From contig JAJDXV010000098.1 of the NCBI GenBank assembly GCA_022823085.1, forward strand, positions 8,828 to 72,827: 64,000 nt of DNA, written 5' to 3'. Positions 45,282-55,151 of this stretch are shown piece by piece. The DNA is from Candidatus Poribacteria bacterium (GTDB lineage: Bacteria; Poribacteria; WGA-4E; WGA-3G). Position 1 is the stretch's first letter. Every line of letters begins with the position of its first letter. The notes under the pieces were generated by a model that saw nothing but the letters and a program-made list of their open reading frames with translations, was not told where the DNA came from and searched no databases. The position numbers and the translations under genes were made by a program.

Positions 45282-47121
45282 AGTGCTCCGCTTGTAGGTT
45301 GTATAGTCTGGCGTATAGGCCCTTACGCTTCATCAGTTCGTCATGTGCGCCTTCCTCGATGAGTTTTCCGCCATCAAGCACGAGAATCCTGTCTGCCATG
45401 CGTACAGTTGACATGCGATGCGAAATCAATATGGTTGTTTTATCTTTCGTTAGTTCTTGAAAACGTGCGTAGATTTCGTATTCGCTTCGCACATCCAAGG
45501 CAGCTGTTGGTTCATCAAGGATAAGGATTTGTGCGTTTCGGATAAGGGCACGGGCGATCGCGATTTTTTGCCATTGTCCACCTGAGAGTTCTGTGCCATC
45601 TTCAAACTGACGAGAGAGTATCGTTTCATATCCATTTGGAAGTTGGTCGATGAAATCTGCACCTGCGTCTTTAGCAGCGGCTTTTATGAATCCCATTTGG
45701 GAAAGTTGCGCGACATTGCCGAGACCAATGTTTTCTTGGACGCTGAGTTGATATTTGAGAAAGTCTTGGTCAACAACGCCCATTTGGTGCCGTAAATTGT
45801 CGAGGTTAAAATAGTGGATAGGGGCATCCTCGAGCCTAATTTCACCATCAGTTGGGTCATACATTCGGGTAATCAATTTAACTAGAGTTGTTTTCCCTTC
45901 TCCATTTTTGCCGACGATTGCCACGGTCTCCTTAGGGTGAATATGGAAGGAAACACCATCCAAAATCTTCCGCTCCGTGTTAGGGTATTGAAAGTGGACC
46001 TCTTTGAAGGCAATACCTTTCTCAAGGGATCGTGGGACACGTTTGGCGAATGCTTTCGGGACCATTTTAATCGCTGGCTTCCTTTTCAGAAAATCGTAAA
46101 GATGCGTCAAAAAGCCGCCGATCTGATGCATGAAAGCAAAATTAGCGAGAGATGTGTTCAGCGTCGTCCACGCGAGAATCGTAGCACCACCATAAGCGGT
46201 AAGTTCACCAACACTTACCTCACCACCGATTGTCTGTCGAAAGAGATAGACATAAAGAGCACACAAGCCCACACCACCTAACAGGGCATACAGTGAAAGC
46301 GAACGAAATTCACGCCATCGGACTGACCACAGCACGCTAAGAATGCGTTTAAAAGTACGCACATATTGTCCTAAAAAGAAATCGTGAAGCCCAAAAATAC
46401 GCACATCTTTGGCTGTTTCGTTAAAAAGAAACTGGTTCCTGAAATAGTCGAGTTTTCTGGCTTCTGGTGCCTGAAATTGAATCGCGATTCCAGCAAGATT
46501 GGCGTAACGATATTGCATCAAGGCGTAGGGTAACGCGCATAAAATTAAAAGAATTGGTGCTAACGGGTGAAACAACGAAAGAAACAGAGCAGTTGACAAT
46601 AATTCCCAACAATCTCGACCGGCTTGAAAAGCGTAGATAACTAAGTCAGCACTACTTCGCTCAATATGCCGGACCTGTTGGAGTTGGTCATGGAGTTTTG
46701 GATCTTCAATGTGGGCAAGGTCGGGATGTCGATTCGAAGCTTCCATAACAAGAAGTGTCAAATGACGGCGCATTCTGTCGCCAAGGATGCTTTTAACCGC
46801 AAGGAAAATCGGTCCTGTTGTTTGCAAGACGACGGTGGCAAGTGCTAACACCATCAAGACCGGAGCTACCTCACCGAAGTCCCCCTCGTTTGAACCAGAG
46901 ATAGCGATGACCATGTCAATCACATCTCGGCTCAAGTAGAGAATCAGCACGGGTAGCAAACCTTGGATGAACATTAAGAAAAAAATAAGTAGGGTCTCAA
47001 ATTTTCCGGCGGCCCATATCATTCCGAAAGACCGGAAAATCGCTTTGTAAACCGGACCCCATTCTTTTACAGGTGGATTCCACTGTTCAAGTTTGATATC
47101 AGATGCTTTGTGTTGTTTCAT
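45271..47121 (-). CDS. ABC exporter, fused TMD-NBD half-transporter (likely heterodimer partner)
   Basis: Walker A GKNGEGKTT, signature LSGGQWQKIAIARA, Walker B ILILDEPTAALD. Confidence 0.85.
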   Translation of the reverse strand: MKQHKASDIKLEQWNPPVKEWGPVYKAIFRSFGMIWAAGKFETLLIFFLMFIQGLLPVLILYLSRDVIDMVIAISGSNEGDFGEVAPVLMVLALATVVLQTTGPIFLAVKSILGDRMRRHLTLLVMEASNRHPDLAHIEDPKLHDQLQQVRHIERSSADLVIYAFQAGRDCWELLSTALFLSLFHPLAPILLILCALPYALMQYRYANLAGIAIQFQAPEARKLDYFRNQFLFNETAKDVRIFGLHDFFLGQYVRTFKRILSVLWSVRWREFRSLSLYALLGGVGLCALYVYLFRQTIGGEVSVGELTAYGGATILAWTTLNTSLANFAFMHQIGGFLTHLYDFLKRKPAIKMVPKAFAKRVPRSLEKGIAFKEVHFQYPNTERKILDGVSFHIHPKETVAIVGKNGEGKTTLVKLITRMYDPTDGEIRLEDAPIHYFNLDNLRHQMGVVDQDFLKYQLSVQENIGLGNVAQLSQMGFIKAAAKDAGADFIDQLPNGYETILSRQFEDGTELSGGQWQKIAIARALIRNAQILILDEPTAALDVRSEYEIYARFQELTKDKTTILISHRMSTVRMADRILVLDGGKLIEEGAHDELMKRKGLYARLYNLQAEHYDV

Positions 47122-47139
47122 TTTTCTACAACCTCGCGT

Positions 47140-48132
47140 TCAGATGGCATCCTGTTGGTTGATTTCAAGGGCTCGCTGTAATTCGCCACCCCACTGTTGT
47201 AGTGTAGAGTGCACGTAACGCCGTCTCTTAGTATTCCAGCTGGGATGAATATCAACTGTCCATTTCCAGACACAATTTAGAGTCGCAGGAAACGAGCGAA
47301 TCTGGAGATCTATTAAATCTCCTGCTCTAACAGTACAAGGTTTAAGGATTGGGAAAAAAATATTATCCCAACTTAGAACTGGGGATGGCGGTTCGTTGGT
47401 TAACCACGTGTTTTCCGAGAGTTGAGCATTAAACCAGCCACAGAAACCGTGTAACACCCCGTCGTTCTCAATTTGAAAAGTGACTCGTTCGTTCAACATA
47501 GAGTGTTCTGGCATGTTTGCGAAATCAATTGTGTGTAATTGCGCCGGTGCAGATAAGAAGTTGGTTTTATTAAACCGGTTGCTATACACTTCGTTGAGAG
47601 CCGTTTCTCGTGCCAAAGAAAAATCAAGATTATAGAAATCTGAAGACCAGACATCAATGGTGTTGTAAAAATCTGCGTCTTGGATTGGAACAATCGTCAT
47701 TTCCAGCCAAGAGGGCAAGGATTTCCCACCGGGTTTCAGGAATCGTCGCTGGGCATCAGAGATGACATCGACTAAATTTTGACCTACACCAAACTTAGAA
47801 ATCAACTCTGAGATAATTACATCTGCCTTCGTTGGCAGTTCGATCTTCCGAGAATCCTGATTAATAAAAACTACTTGATCCACGAGCCCGTTGGCTTCGG
47901 CGATGGCTTTGGCAATCTCGATAATTTTAGTTCTTTCAATCGCGTAGACCCGCTTTGCTCCGGCTTGACAAGCGAAAAAGGAGAGGACTCCGCTTCCGGC
48001 ACCGATATCTACTACAGTATCCCCTTTTTTTACTGTTTCAAAGATACTCTGACGGTAGCGTTCATTTCGGAGCGTGTCAGCGACTAAGACCCCGTGAAAT
48101 TCTGTGCTATCAAAATCAAAAGACAAAATCAC
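47140..48132 (-). CDS. PRMT-like (protein arginine N-methyltransferase-like) class I SAM-dependent methyltransferase
   Basis: HGVLVADTLRNERYRQSI (PRMT H..ML.D..R...Y), motif I VVDIGAGSGVLSFFACQAGAKRVYAIE, KADVIISELISKFGVGQN (double-E-loop position), then a ~150-aa beta-barrel-sized C-terminal half. Confidence 0.6.
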   Translation of the reverse strand: MILSFDFDSTEFHGVLVADTLRNERYRQSIFETVKKGDTVVDIGAGSGVLSFFACQAGAKRVYAIERTKIIEIAKAIAEANGLVDQVVFINQDSRKIELPTKADVIISELISKFGVGQNLVDVISDAQRRFLKPGGKSLPSWLEMTIVPIQDADFYNTIDVWSSDFYNLDFSLARETALNEVYSNRFNKTNFLSAPAQLHTIDFANMPEHSMLNERVTFQIENDGVLHGFCGWFNAQLSENTWLTNEPPSPVLSWDNIFFPILKPCTVRAGDLIDLQIRSFPATLNCVWKWTVDIHPSWNTKRRRYVHSTLQQWGGELQRALEINQQDAI

Positions 48133-48138
48133 TTCCTC

Positions 48139-49215
48139 CTAATTGAGATGTGATAAAATAATATCAGCTGCAGTTTGAGAGGCATTGTCGTATTGGTAGA
48201 CGGATGCTGCCTCTGCCATCTCTTGCTGCTTTTGCGGTGAACTGAGAATTGATTCAACCAACGCAGCTAACCTGTTTCCAGTAATCTCATCAAAGTCCAC
48301 AGGGGCCGTGATGCCTAATCGTTTCAAATTCATTACATGAAAAGTGTCGACGGCATTACCACCATCTATTATTGAAATCGACGGAACCCCAAATCGTGCG
48401 AGTTCGCAGAGCGTCCCAAACGATCCACGCGTAATAGCGAGCGTACTCACCGCCTGCAAGCGCAGAATGTTCCAATCCCATGACTTGACTACAGCGTACG
48501 GATAGTCTGTTAACTTTTGGCGATAATAATCCGCATCCTCTCCAGCAATTAGGATAAGTCCATATTGCTTTGGGTCAAGTTTCATGTACGTATCGACAGC
48601 AGATGCTAACATCTCTTTGCGTCGGGACTGGCTATTTCCGCCCATACTCACAAAAATTAGCGGTAAATCCGCTGGCACGCCTAATTCTTGCCTTACTGAG
48701 AGTCCCCCATCTTCGAGCGGTTCAGCTGTTCGTAAGATGGGTCCGATAAAAGAGACCGGAACTTTTAGTGTCGGCGGAACAGTATGCCCTGATTCTATAT
48801 CCCGTATTACAATTTCCGTAGCGCAATTGAAAAAACGCGCCAATAAGCCGGTAAATGCTGTCATATCGCCCAACTCCTCAAAAAACCAGTGTGTAATAAG
48901 GACGCTGGGGATATTATATTTTTTTGCTACAGGTAAAGCATAAAAAACTTCATGTGTAACAATAATATCCGGTTCGACTGAAGGGATAATGCTCTGAAGT
49001 GCGCTCAATTCTTTCTGCGTGTACTCATCGTCGAGTTCCATCTCAAGATCCAAGGCACTTCGCCCATTAGACGAGATAGCCTTAAGTCCATCAGCATAAG
49101 AACCGAGGATGATATTTACATCCGGTCGCATGGATTCCAAACGATCTACGACCATTAGATCGGGGATTGCGTGTCCAAAGCCTCGCCCACGTGAAAAATA
49201 GAGAATTTTTGGCAT
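48139..49215 (-). CDS. GT1/GT28-like (MGT/UDP-glycosyltransferase-type) glycosyltransferase
   Basis: From ATG 49215: MPKILYFSRGRGFGHAIPDLMV... and C-terminal ...TRGSFGTLCELARFGVPSISI.... Confidence 0.6.
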   Translation of the reverse strand: MPKILYFSRGRGFGHAIPDLMVVDRLESMRPDVNIILGSYADGLKAISSNGRSALDLEMELDDEYTQKELSALQSIIPSVEPDIIVTHEVFYALPVAKKYNIPSVLITHWFFEELGDMTAFTGLLARFFNCATEIVIRDIESGHTVPPTLKVPVSFIGPILRTAEPLEDGGLSVRQELGVPADLPLIFVSMGGNSQSRRKEMLASAVDTYMKLDPKQYGLILIAGEDADYYRQKLTDYPYAVVKSWDWNILRLQAVSTLAITRGSFGTLCELARFGVPSISIIDGGNAVDTFHVMNLKRLGITAPVDFDEITGNRLAALVESILSSPQKQQEMAEAASVYQYDNASQTAADIILSHLN

Positions 49216-49346
49216 AGCAAATGTCCTTTTATAGTGAATTCCAAAAATAAGTTTACATTTTAAAGTTCCCAAATTCCCCCCTGATAAGGGGGGTTAGGGG
49301 GTTCTTTTGTTTGGCAGTGTGCAATTAATTATGAGATCCACTATAA

Positions 49347-50003
49347 TTAAATTCTGCCGAGTCGTCGCTGCTCAATGATGTGTTTTACGCCAACATCAAG
49401 CAGTGCTGTCGGTCCGTTATGTTTCAGACCTTCAATGTACATTTCAACAGGCGCAATTCCCGGATAGATCCGTTCCGCTGTAAAAAGCGCAACAGGGTGC
49501 CCCTTCGCTCTGTCAACTTCGGCTTTCAAGATGGCAACGACCGTTTCCCGTAACAGTGCGGTATTCGTCCAATTCGCTTTAAACACAACTTGACCGTTTC
49601 GGTCAACGATGAAACTCATGTTAGGACCGTACCCATATCGTTTGTGAGCATATTCATCCCATCCATCAACCCATACAGGGCGAGAAATACAATTTTTCGC
49701 CCTGAAGTCAGAGGCACGTTCCATTTTTTCTTCAAAAGAGAAAAGTTCAGGATAATTCTCACCCGGGTGTGCCTCTTTGGTATAGACGAATAACACTTCG
49801 ACCCCTCGATGTTGATAATCCTTATACAGTCGATCCATTGACGGAGACTCCGCCACACAATACGGTCACGTCATACTTCCAAACTCAAGGACAACTAACT
49901 TTCCTCTAAGATCCGACAATTTCACGAATTTATTGTCAGTGTCAGTTGCTTCAAAGGGAGGGGCAGGTCCCAATACATTAATTCTTCTTCTCGGTATGCT
50001 CAT
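49347..50003 (-). CDS. Thioredoxin-fold (AhpC/TSA/redoxin-like) protein with an in-frame TGA at the first position of the redox motif (T-U-P-Y-C); candidate selenoprotein
   Basis: ATG at 50003..50001 opens MSIPRRRINVLGPAPPFEATDTDNKFVKLSDLRGKLVVLEFGSMT-TGA(49868..49866)-PYCVAESPSMDRLYKDYQHRGVEVLFVY.... It is in frame with track ORF 49347..49856, which only starts at a GTG 4 codons after the TGA. Confidence 0.55.
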
Positions 50004-50094
50004 TGTAGGATTGTCCTTTTTTAGAATTGCGTCAGTCCCCCGGATTGTATCTATCTAAAGTAACAAATAGAATCCCTTTCCGAATTGACCAAGT

Positions 50095-52038
50095 TCACTT
50101 GGTTGTGTATCGCCTCAACCAGAGCTCAAGCGATAATGTATTAACCACATTCCCAATTTTTTCCCAGTCCCCGAGCATCCATCGAGAAAGGATCCCTCGC
50201 AAGCGCTCCCGGTTGACGTATCCTCTTTTAACCACCTCAACCGCATCTTGGTCTAACTGCGTTATCAGTTCGGGTAATGCAAGCTTTAACCCCTTCATGG
50301 CATGTCTTCCCAGATTCGGTTGGCTAAGGCGGTTTCGGATCATATCGGGTAGAATACCTTTCATTCCGTTGCGGATGAGGAGTTTCCTTACGATTCTTCC
50401 TTTTGCGTCGACAGTGATTCTATGGTGCATTGGGACACCCATAACATATTCGACAAGCCGTTGGTCAAAGAAAGGCTGACGGATTTCGATATTCAGTGGG
50501 CAGTAGACGACTTGAACCGCCTGACATGAGTTACTTTCACGTAGATACCGATATTCAAGCCGCAGCGATTTTTTATGACAATCTCTATCAGGAATTAAAC
50601 GTCGTATACGCTGGGTAACAGCTTGTTCCCGAGCAAAGCGTTCGTCGAGCCATTCAGGAATCATTGGACCCGTATCTTCTACACCGATATGATTCCAGAA
50701 TTCCAGCGGCTTTCGGATAATTGCGCCCACGAAGGGTTGCATGAAATATGGGATGTGCGGTTTAATCCCAAACTCTGATAATGCATACAGATAAGACATG
50801 TTAGGTGCACGTGCCCATTTCGACAATTCGCCTCTGAGTTTTCTGAACTTTCCATCGCGGAGCAAATCTGCGATATTTAGCGCACTTCCTTGCATAATCT
50901 CGTCGCCCCCGATTCCAGAAAACAGAACAGTTGCTCCAAAATCGTTGGCGGCTTCAGGGGTTAGGTAGTGTTCATGACAAGCGAGATAAACGCCGTAGGG
51001 TTCATCGGGACACGGGTAAGATTCCGTACTTTGCATGAAAAGCCGATCATCCGTCGGGATCCTCCGATTGATGAGATTATACTTCTGTATAACTGATTGC
51101 TGATAGCTTGCTTCGTCTGCTTCTCTAAAGACGTCAAACCCTTTTGATAGCGTAAGCAATTCATTGTTCGGCATCTCGCCGCTTTGATAGATGTCAGCCG
51201 CCATTGAAACAATAGACGAGGAATCTAATCCGCCGCTCAATTCAGAAGCGATGGGTGCTTTATTACGCATCCTGCATTTTACAGCTTCACGAAATGCTTC
51301 CCTGAAGCCGTCAGCATAATCGTCTGGATCGGAATACTGTATTTCTTTTATCCCTGCCGTGGACCAGTATTCAACTGGTTCGGAAATGCCACGCTGATCT
51401 ACCCAAATATAGCAGGCAGGAGGTAGACGCTTAACACCCTTAATTGCTGTGTTTGGCGAATTCAGCGATCCAGTCACCGGATTTAATAGAAAATCTGCCA
51501 TATATTCATTATTGAGTTCCCTTGATATTCGCGGATGCTCATAAAATTGCGCGATTGTCGAGCCAAATATAAGGGTCCGATCAACAAGCGTATAATATAA
51601 AGGTCTCATACCTGCATAATCCCGGGCACAAAACAGGCGTTGTTGTTTTTTGTCCCAGATTGCAAAAGCATAGTCACCGATAATACGTTTTACACAGTCA
51701 GCACCCCACCGTTTATAGGCAGCAAGGATTAACTCAACATCCGTGACAATACGTTCTTTCGCATTAATACCGCAATGCTTGATTAACGCTTCTCGATTAT
51801 CAACGCGTCCGTCAGAAACGATACATAAGGAACCGGATTCGTCTGAAAAGGGCTGATGCTCCCATTGCGATTCCTCTGTTGTATGGAATTGACACTGTCC
51901 CATGCCTATTTGCCTGTCAACGAAATTACTTATTTTCTTGCCGCCTCGCCGAACGCGCGTGACAACCATCATCTTTTGTAATAATTCTTGGTTAACAGGC
52001 GAAGCATCTAAATTAAATAGTCCTGCAAAACCACCCAT
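50095..52038 (-). CDS. Lasso peptide cyclase (asparagine synthetase B-like, C protein)
   Basis: MGGFAGLF... N-terminus without the Cys2 nucleophile. PP-loop SELSGGLDSSSIV. 647 aa, directly downstream of B1/B2. Confidence 0.85.
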   Translation of the reverse strand: MGGFAGLFNLDASPVNQELLQKMMVVTRVRRGGKKISNFVDRQIGMGQCQFHTTEESQWEHQPFSDESGSLCIVSDGRVDNREALIKHCGINAKERIVTDVELILAAYKRWGADCVKRIIGDYAFAIWDKKQQRLFCARDYAGMRPLYYTLVDRTLIFGSTIAQFYEHPRISRELNNEYMADFLLNPVTGSLNSPNTAIKGVKRLPPACYIWVDQRGISEPVEYWSTAGIKEIQYSDPDDYADGFREAFREAVKCRMRNKAPIASELSGGLDSSSIVSMAADIYQSGEMPNNELLTLSKGFDVFREADEASYQQSVIQKYNLINRRIPTDDRLFMQSTESYPCPDEPYGVYLACHEHYLTPEAANDFGATVLFSGIGGDEIMQGSALNIADLLRDGKFRKLRGELSKWARAPNMSYLYALSEFGIKPHIPYFMQPFVGAIIRKPLEFWNHIGVEDTGPMIPEWLDERFAREQAVTQRIRRLIPDRDCHKKSLRLEYRYLRESNSCQAVQVVYCPLNIEIRQPFFDQRLVEYVMGVPMHHRITVDAKGRIVRKLLIRNGMKGILPDMIRNRLSQPNLGRHAMKGLKLALPELITQLDQDAVEVVKRGYVNRERLRGILSRWMLGDWEKIGNVVNTLSLELWLRRYTTK

Positions 52039-52058
52039 ACTTTTAACCCTCCTCGAAC

Positions 52059-52472
52059 CTATTTCACAGAAACCTTCACATATCTTTCTTTAACAATATC
52101 TCCGTCGTTGACAACTCGCCCGTTACATTCAACCCAGGCATGAAAAGTAAGTGGTGGATACTTGCTACATCCCAAACAGAGCTGAGCAGGTATACCTTCG
52201 CGCCGCAGGAGAGAATAGACAACCAGTGATCTTTCCAGACATTCAATTCGACGTCTGATATACAGACGAAATGATTTTTTTGCAATTTTGACGGTTTTGG
52301 AAATCTTTTCCCAATCAACCTCCGCTTCCTGACTTCCCGTTGATTTTTGCCATTTGAGTATGGTTCTGACAACTTGATGAAACCCAAAAGACCACAAACC
52401 AAAGTCAATCAAAAATATCAGGACGTATGCACGAAGAAATGTTGAGCTGTCTCTTATAATCTGTTTAGCCAT
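52059..52472 (-). CDS. Lasso peptide leader peptidase (B2, transglutaminase-like Cys protease)
   Basis: CLERSLVVYSLLRREGIPAQLCLG ... FHAWVECNGRVVND (Cys/His/Asp triad pattern). Confidence 0.85.
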   Translation of the reverse strand: MAKQIIRDSSTFLRAYVLIFLIDFGLWSFGFHQVVRTILKWQKSTGSQEAEVDWEKISKTVKIAKKSFRLYIRRRIECLERSLVVYSLLRREGIPAQLCLGCSKYPPLTFHAWVECNGRVVNDGDIVKERYVKVSVK

Positions 52473-52746
52473 CGGTTATCTCCAGTAAGTTGTTCTCCTG
52501 AAGCGCATTAAACAACGCTATCAAATCCTCTCGGAGCGTTTCCTCAGGGACATCATACTCTGTCTTGAGTTGCTCAAGAATCGGGCCAAGTTTATTTTCT
52601 TCTTCAAGCAAGGAAAAAACGTCTGTTCCGACACTACCGACGCCATAAAAATCGCCCGTTTCAAAATTGAGCAACACCAGATCGTCATCTACGATCGCTT
52701 TTTCAACGTGTTCTGGTATTGTGAAAATCGATGTATCTGTAATCAT
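52465..52746 (-). CDS. Lasso peptide B1 protein (stand-alone PqqD-family RRE)
   Basis: 93 aa, ...AIVDDDLVLLNFETGDFYGVGSVGTDVFSLLEEENKLGPILEQLKTEYDVPEETLREDLIALFNALQENNLL. Overlaps both neighbouring genes. Confidence 0.85.
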   Translation of the reverse strand: MITDTSIFTIPEHVEKAIVDDDLVLLNFETGDFYGVGSVGTDVFSLLEEENKLGPILEQLKTEYDVPEETLREDLIALFNALQENNLLEITDG

Positions 52747-54371
52747 TGTATTACCTCTATATTGTTTGGGATTGGTTTAGTCAACCGAGAAGAACTTTGC
52801 ACAACAATTCCTTCTCGCAGCAGGTTCCGAAGTGATGCCTTTATTTCCGCTTCAGATCCAACGTCGGCTAACGCCGAGATAAGCGTTTGCGTTTTGATAG
52901 CATCAGAAGCATCCAAATACTGAATAATCGCTTTTTCAGCGTCGTCAATTTCGTAAGTCCGTGCCCACACAGGATCTTGCATCTCTATTGCATGAGCCTT
53001 TACATGATAAAAAAGCGTCCCGAGGGACAAGATATTTTCCGCGCAAAGTTCTTCGGTAACGTATCCTGAACTATAGGGGAGAATTATTTTTGAGTAAAAC
53101 TCATAGTTTTGCTTGGTGTATCGAGGTCTCCTCGTGATCAGAGAAGTAATAGCACCTTCATTTTCTCGGTCGTATTGTGCGTTCATGAGGGCGTATTTCA
53201 AACCAAATCGGCTCATCTGGTTTCCATCCGTCGAATGCTTTGAGGTCTTCAAACAACCATCAACAATAGCGCACAATTTCTGTTCAAAGCGACGACGACT
53301 AAATTTTGACAGGACAGTCCGACGTGCTGCATCTCCTATCTCTTCTCTCTCTTCTCTTGACGCAATGAGTCTCGCAGAGTAATGAAGCACCGAGTGTAAA
53401 TCCACGCGGATACCCCAGTCGGTTACAAAGGTATCGACCTGAAATCCAGTTTTTCCGTGCTCAATGGTATCCTTCAAACCACCCCAACTTGTACCTATGA
53501 CAGGCGTGCCACAACTCATTGCTTCAACTTGGGTTAAACCAAAGTTCTCATCGTGATGTATCGTCAGATTCATGAATACATCGGCAATATTGTAAAGAAT
53601 CGGAAGCGCCTCTTGGTCGATATATGGAAGCATTCTGACCCGTTCTTTTACGTCACGGTTCTCGTCCAATAATTTGGAAAAGAGTACATCCAACGCATTG
53701 GGACCCGATTCAAATTCCTCAAATTTAACATCATCAATAGGTCCGACGATTAGCAGTCGGACATTCGGATACAGCTTTACTAATTTTTTGAAGACGGACA
53801 AGATGGAATGGACATTTTTTTCAGAAGTTATACGACCCACATACAAAAACACGACATCATCAGGATCAAAGCCGAAGTGTTTACGATATTCTTCCTGCTG
53901 CTCGGTAGAGAGAGGGCTAAGCATCTGCTCATCAGCAAAGAAGGGTAACATCGTTTCCGTCGCCGCACATTGGTCCGACATGAGGTGATAAATTTCCCGA
54001 TCCGCCGCACATGAAAACGCAATAGCATCGCCGGGCTGAAAATGAAAGAACGTACGTCTAAAATTGTAGGCACCCCGAGGGAACTCACCTAGCGGGAGGT
54101 ACACGACAGGTTGATCCAACGCAAGTTCCTCGCGGAAAACAAAAAATTCCGGCAGATCCCGATTGACGATGAGATCGCATTCCTTTAAAAAGGCTTTTCC
54201 GATCTCCTCACGCTGTTTAACATCCAGAAATGGATAATATACAGGCAAACGTCTCACCGTGTAATGTTTACTGAGGATCTTCTCAATTTCCGAGAAGACG
54301 ACTCTTAGACTTGAACCTGGAGATTCAGTTATCGTGTGGCGTGTTAGTCCAATTATTGGTTTAGTATCCAT
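52743..54371 (-). CDS. GT4-family glycosyltransferase with a C-terminal RRE/wHTH-like extension
   Basis: ENFGLTQVEAMSCGTPVIGTSWGGLKDTIEHGKTGF. The C-terminal ~90 aa, ...WARTYEIDDAEKAIIQYLDASDAIKTQTLISALADVGSEAEIKASLRNLLREGIVV, has the beta-beta-helix pattern of PqqD-like domains. ATG at 54371 lies behind GAAGGAAG. Confidence 0.65.
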   Translation of the reverse strand: MDTKPIIGLTRHTITESPGSSLRVVFSEIEKILSKHYTVRRLPVYYPFLDVKQREEIGKAFLKECDLIVNRDLPEFFVFREELALDQPVVYLPLGEFPRGAYNFRRTFFHFQPGDAIAFSCAADREIYHLMSDQCAATETMLPFFADEQMLSPLSTEQQEEYRKHFGFDPDDVVFLYVGRITSEKNVHSILSVFKKLVKLYPNVRLLIVGPIDDVKFEEFESGPNALDVLFSKLLDENRDVKERVRMLPYIDQEALPILYNIADVFMNLTIHHDENFGLTQVEAMSCGTPVIGTSWGGLKDTIEHGKTGFQVDTFVTDWGIRVDLHSVLHYSARLIASREEREEIGDAARRTVLSKFSRRRFEQKLCAIVDGCLKTSKHSTDGNQMSRFGLKYALMNAQYDRENEGAITSLITRRPRYTKQNYEFYSKIILPYSSGYVTEELCAENILSLGTLFYHVKAHAIEMQDPVWARTYEIDDAEKAIIQYLDASDAIKTQTLISALADVGSEAEIKASLRNLLREGIVVQSSSRLTKPIPNNIEVIQ

Positions 54372-54523
54372 CTTGTCTTCCTTCAAGTGTATAAACAGTA
54401 GTCGGGCAGCCTACGGCTTTCCCAATATCCAATAAAATTTGGATTGCTTGATGTCCGAGTTTTCAATGATAGAACTCTATCGGACATTCGTAAAAAAAAC
54501 GTGGGTGTATCGAAATAGCCTTT

Positions 54524-54670
54524 CTAACAATTGGTGTTTGCATGGGTTCGCCCACCACTGGAATCATATACAGTAGGAGTAGAACCTTTAACAAGGGTTC
54601 TGGCATTGCCATACTTGACAACCCGTGGTGCCGTGTAGGCTTTCTTCTTGGATTTCAACACCTTACGCAT
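54524..54670 (-). CDS. Lasso precursor peptide A
   Basis: GGAGG RBS. MRKVLKSKKKAYTAPRVVKYGNARTLVK/GSTPTVYDSSGGRTHANTNC. The leader fits YxxPxLxxxG; the predicted core has Gly1 and Asp8. Confidence 0.8.
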   Translation of the reverse strand: MRKVLKSKKKAYTAPRVVKYGNARTLVKGSTPTVYDSSGGRTHANTNC

Positions 54671-54812
54671 TGTTGTTATACCTCCTGGAATATATCAATT
54701 CAAATTAACGCTCACTTGACTTAAGCACTTAGCACATAAGTATCACTTTCAGAAACTGATTTGCCCTTCTGATTGTTCTTAGGCAAACACGGAACTACAA
54801 AATTTACTACAA

Positions 54813-55028
54813 TCAAGCCAAAATGTCGTGGACAACATGAACTTGAACACCAGTAAGACGGAAGTCCCGACCTTGGAAACGGTAGGTTAGCTTCTCGTAG
54901 TCAATGGAAAATAAATGCAACATTTTGGCGTGTAAATCGTGGACATACACAATATCTTCCACGGCGTTATATCCAAGTTCATCAGTTTTGCCGTGACTCA
55001 CACCGCCTTTGATGCCCCCGCCGGCTAA
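54813..55028 (-). pseudogene. 3' fragment of a DUF1501-type (sulfatase-like) gene
   Basis: [61 protein letters not shown]... is the characteristic C-terminal ~70 aa of DUF1501 proteins. It is preceded by a stop and has no N-terminal part. Confidence 0.6.
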
Positions 55029-55151
55029 CTATATTGAGAATCCACGGATGTCTTGTTTCTCATCAAATCAAATATTTAAGCGACGCTCCGGGCACAATGT
55101 TGGAGTGCCTTTTCTGTTTGACAACAATCAAACAGAAAAGGCATCTCTTAT

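Noticed and set aside
49856-49868. Treating the TGA at 49866-49868 as evidence for an alternative genetic code or as a simple pseudogene
   Set aside because: Other genes in the window terminate at TGA with normal lengths, which argues against global recoding. Its position exactly at the first Cys of a CxxC-type motif, plus a downstream hairpin, favours Sec. Even so, a pseudogene or a base-call error remains possible and is listed as a refutation test.
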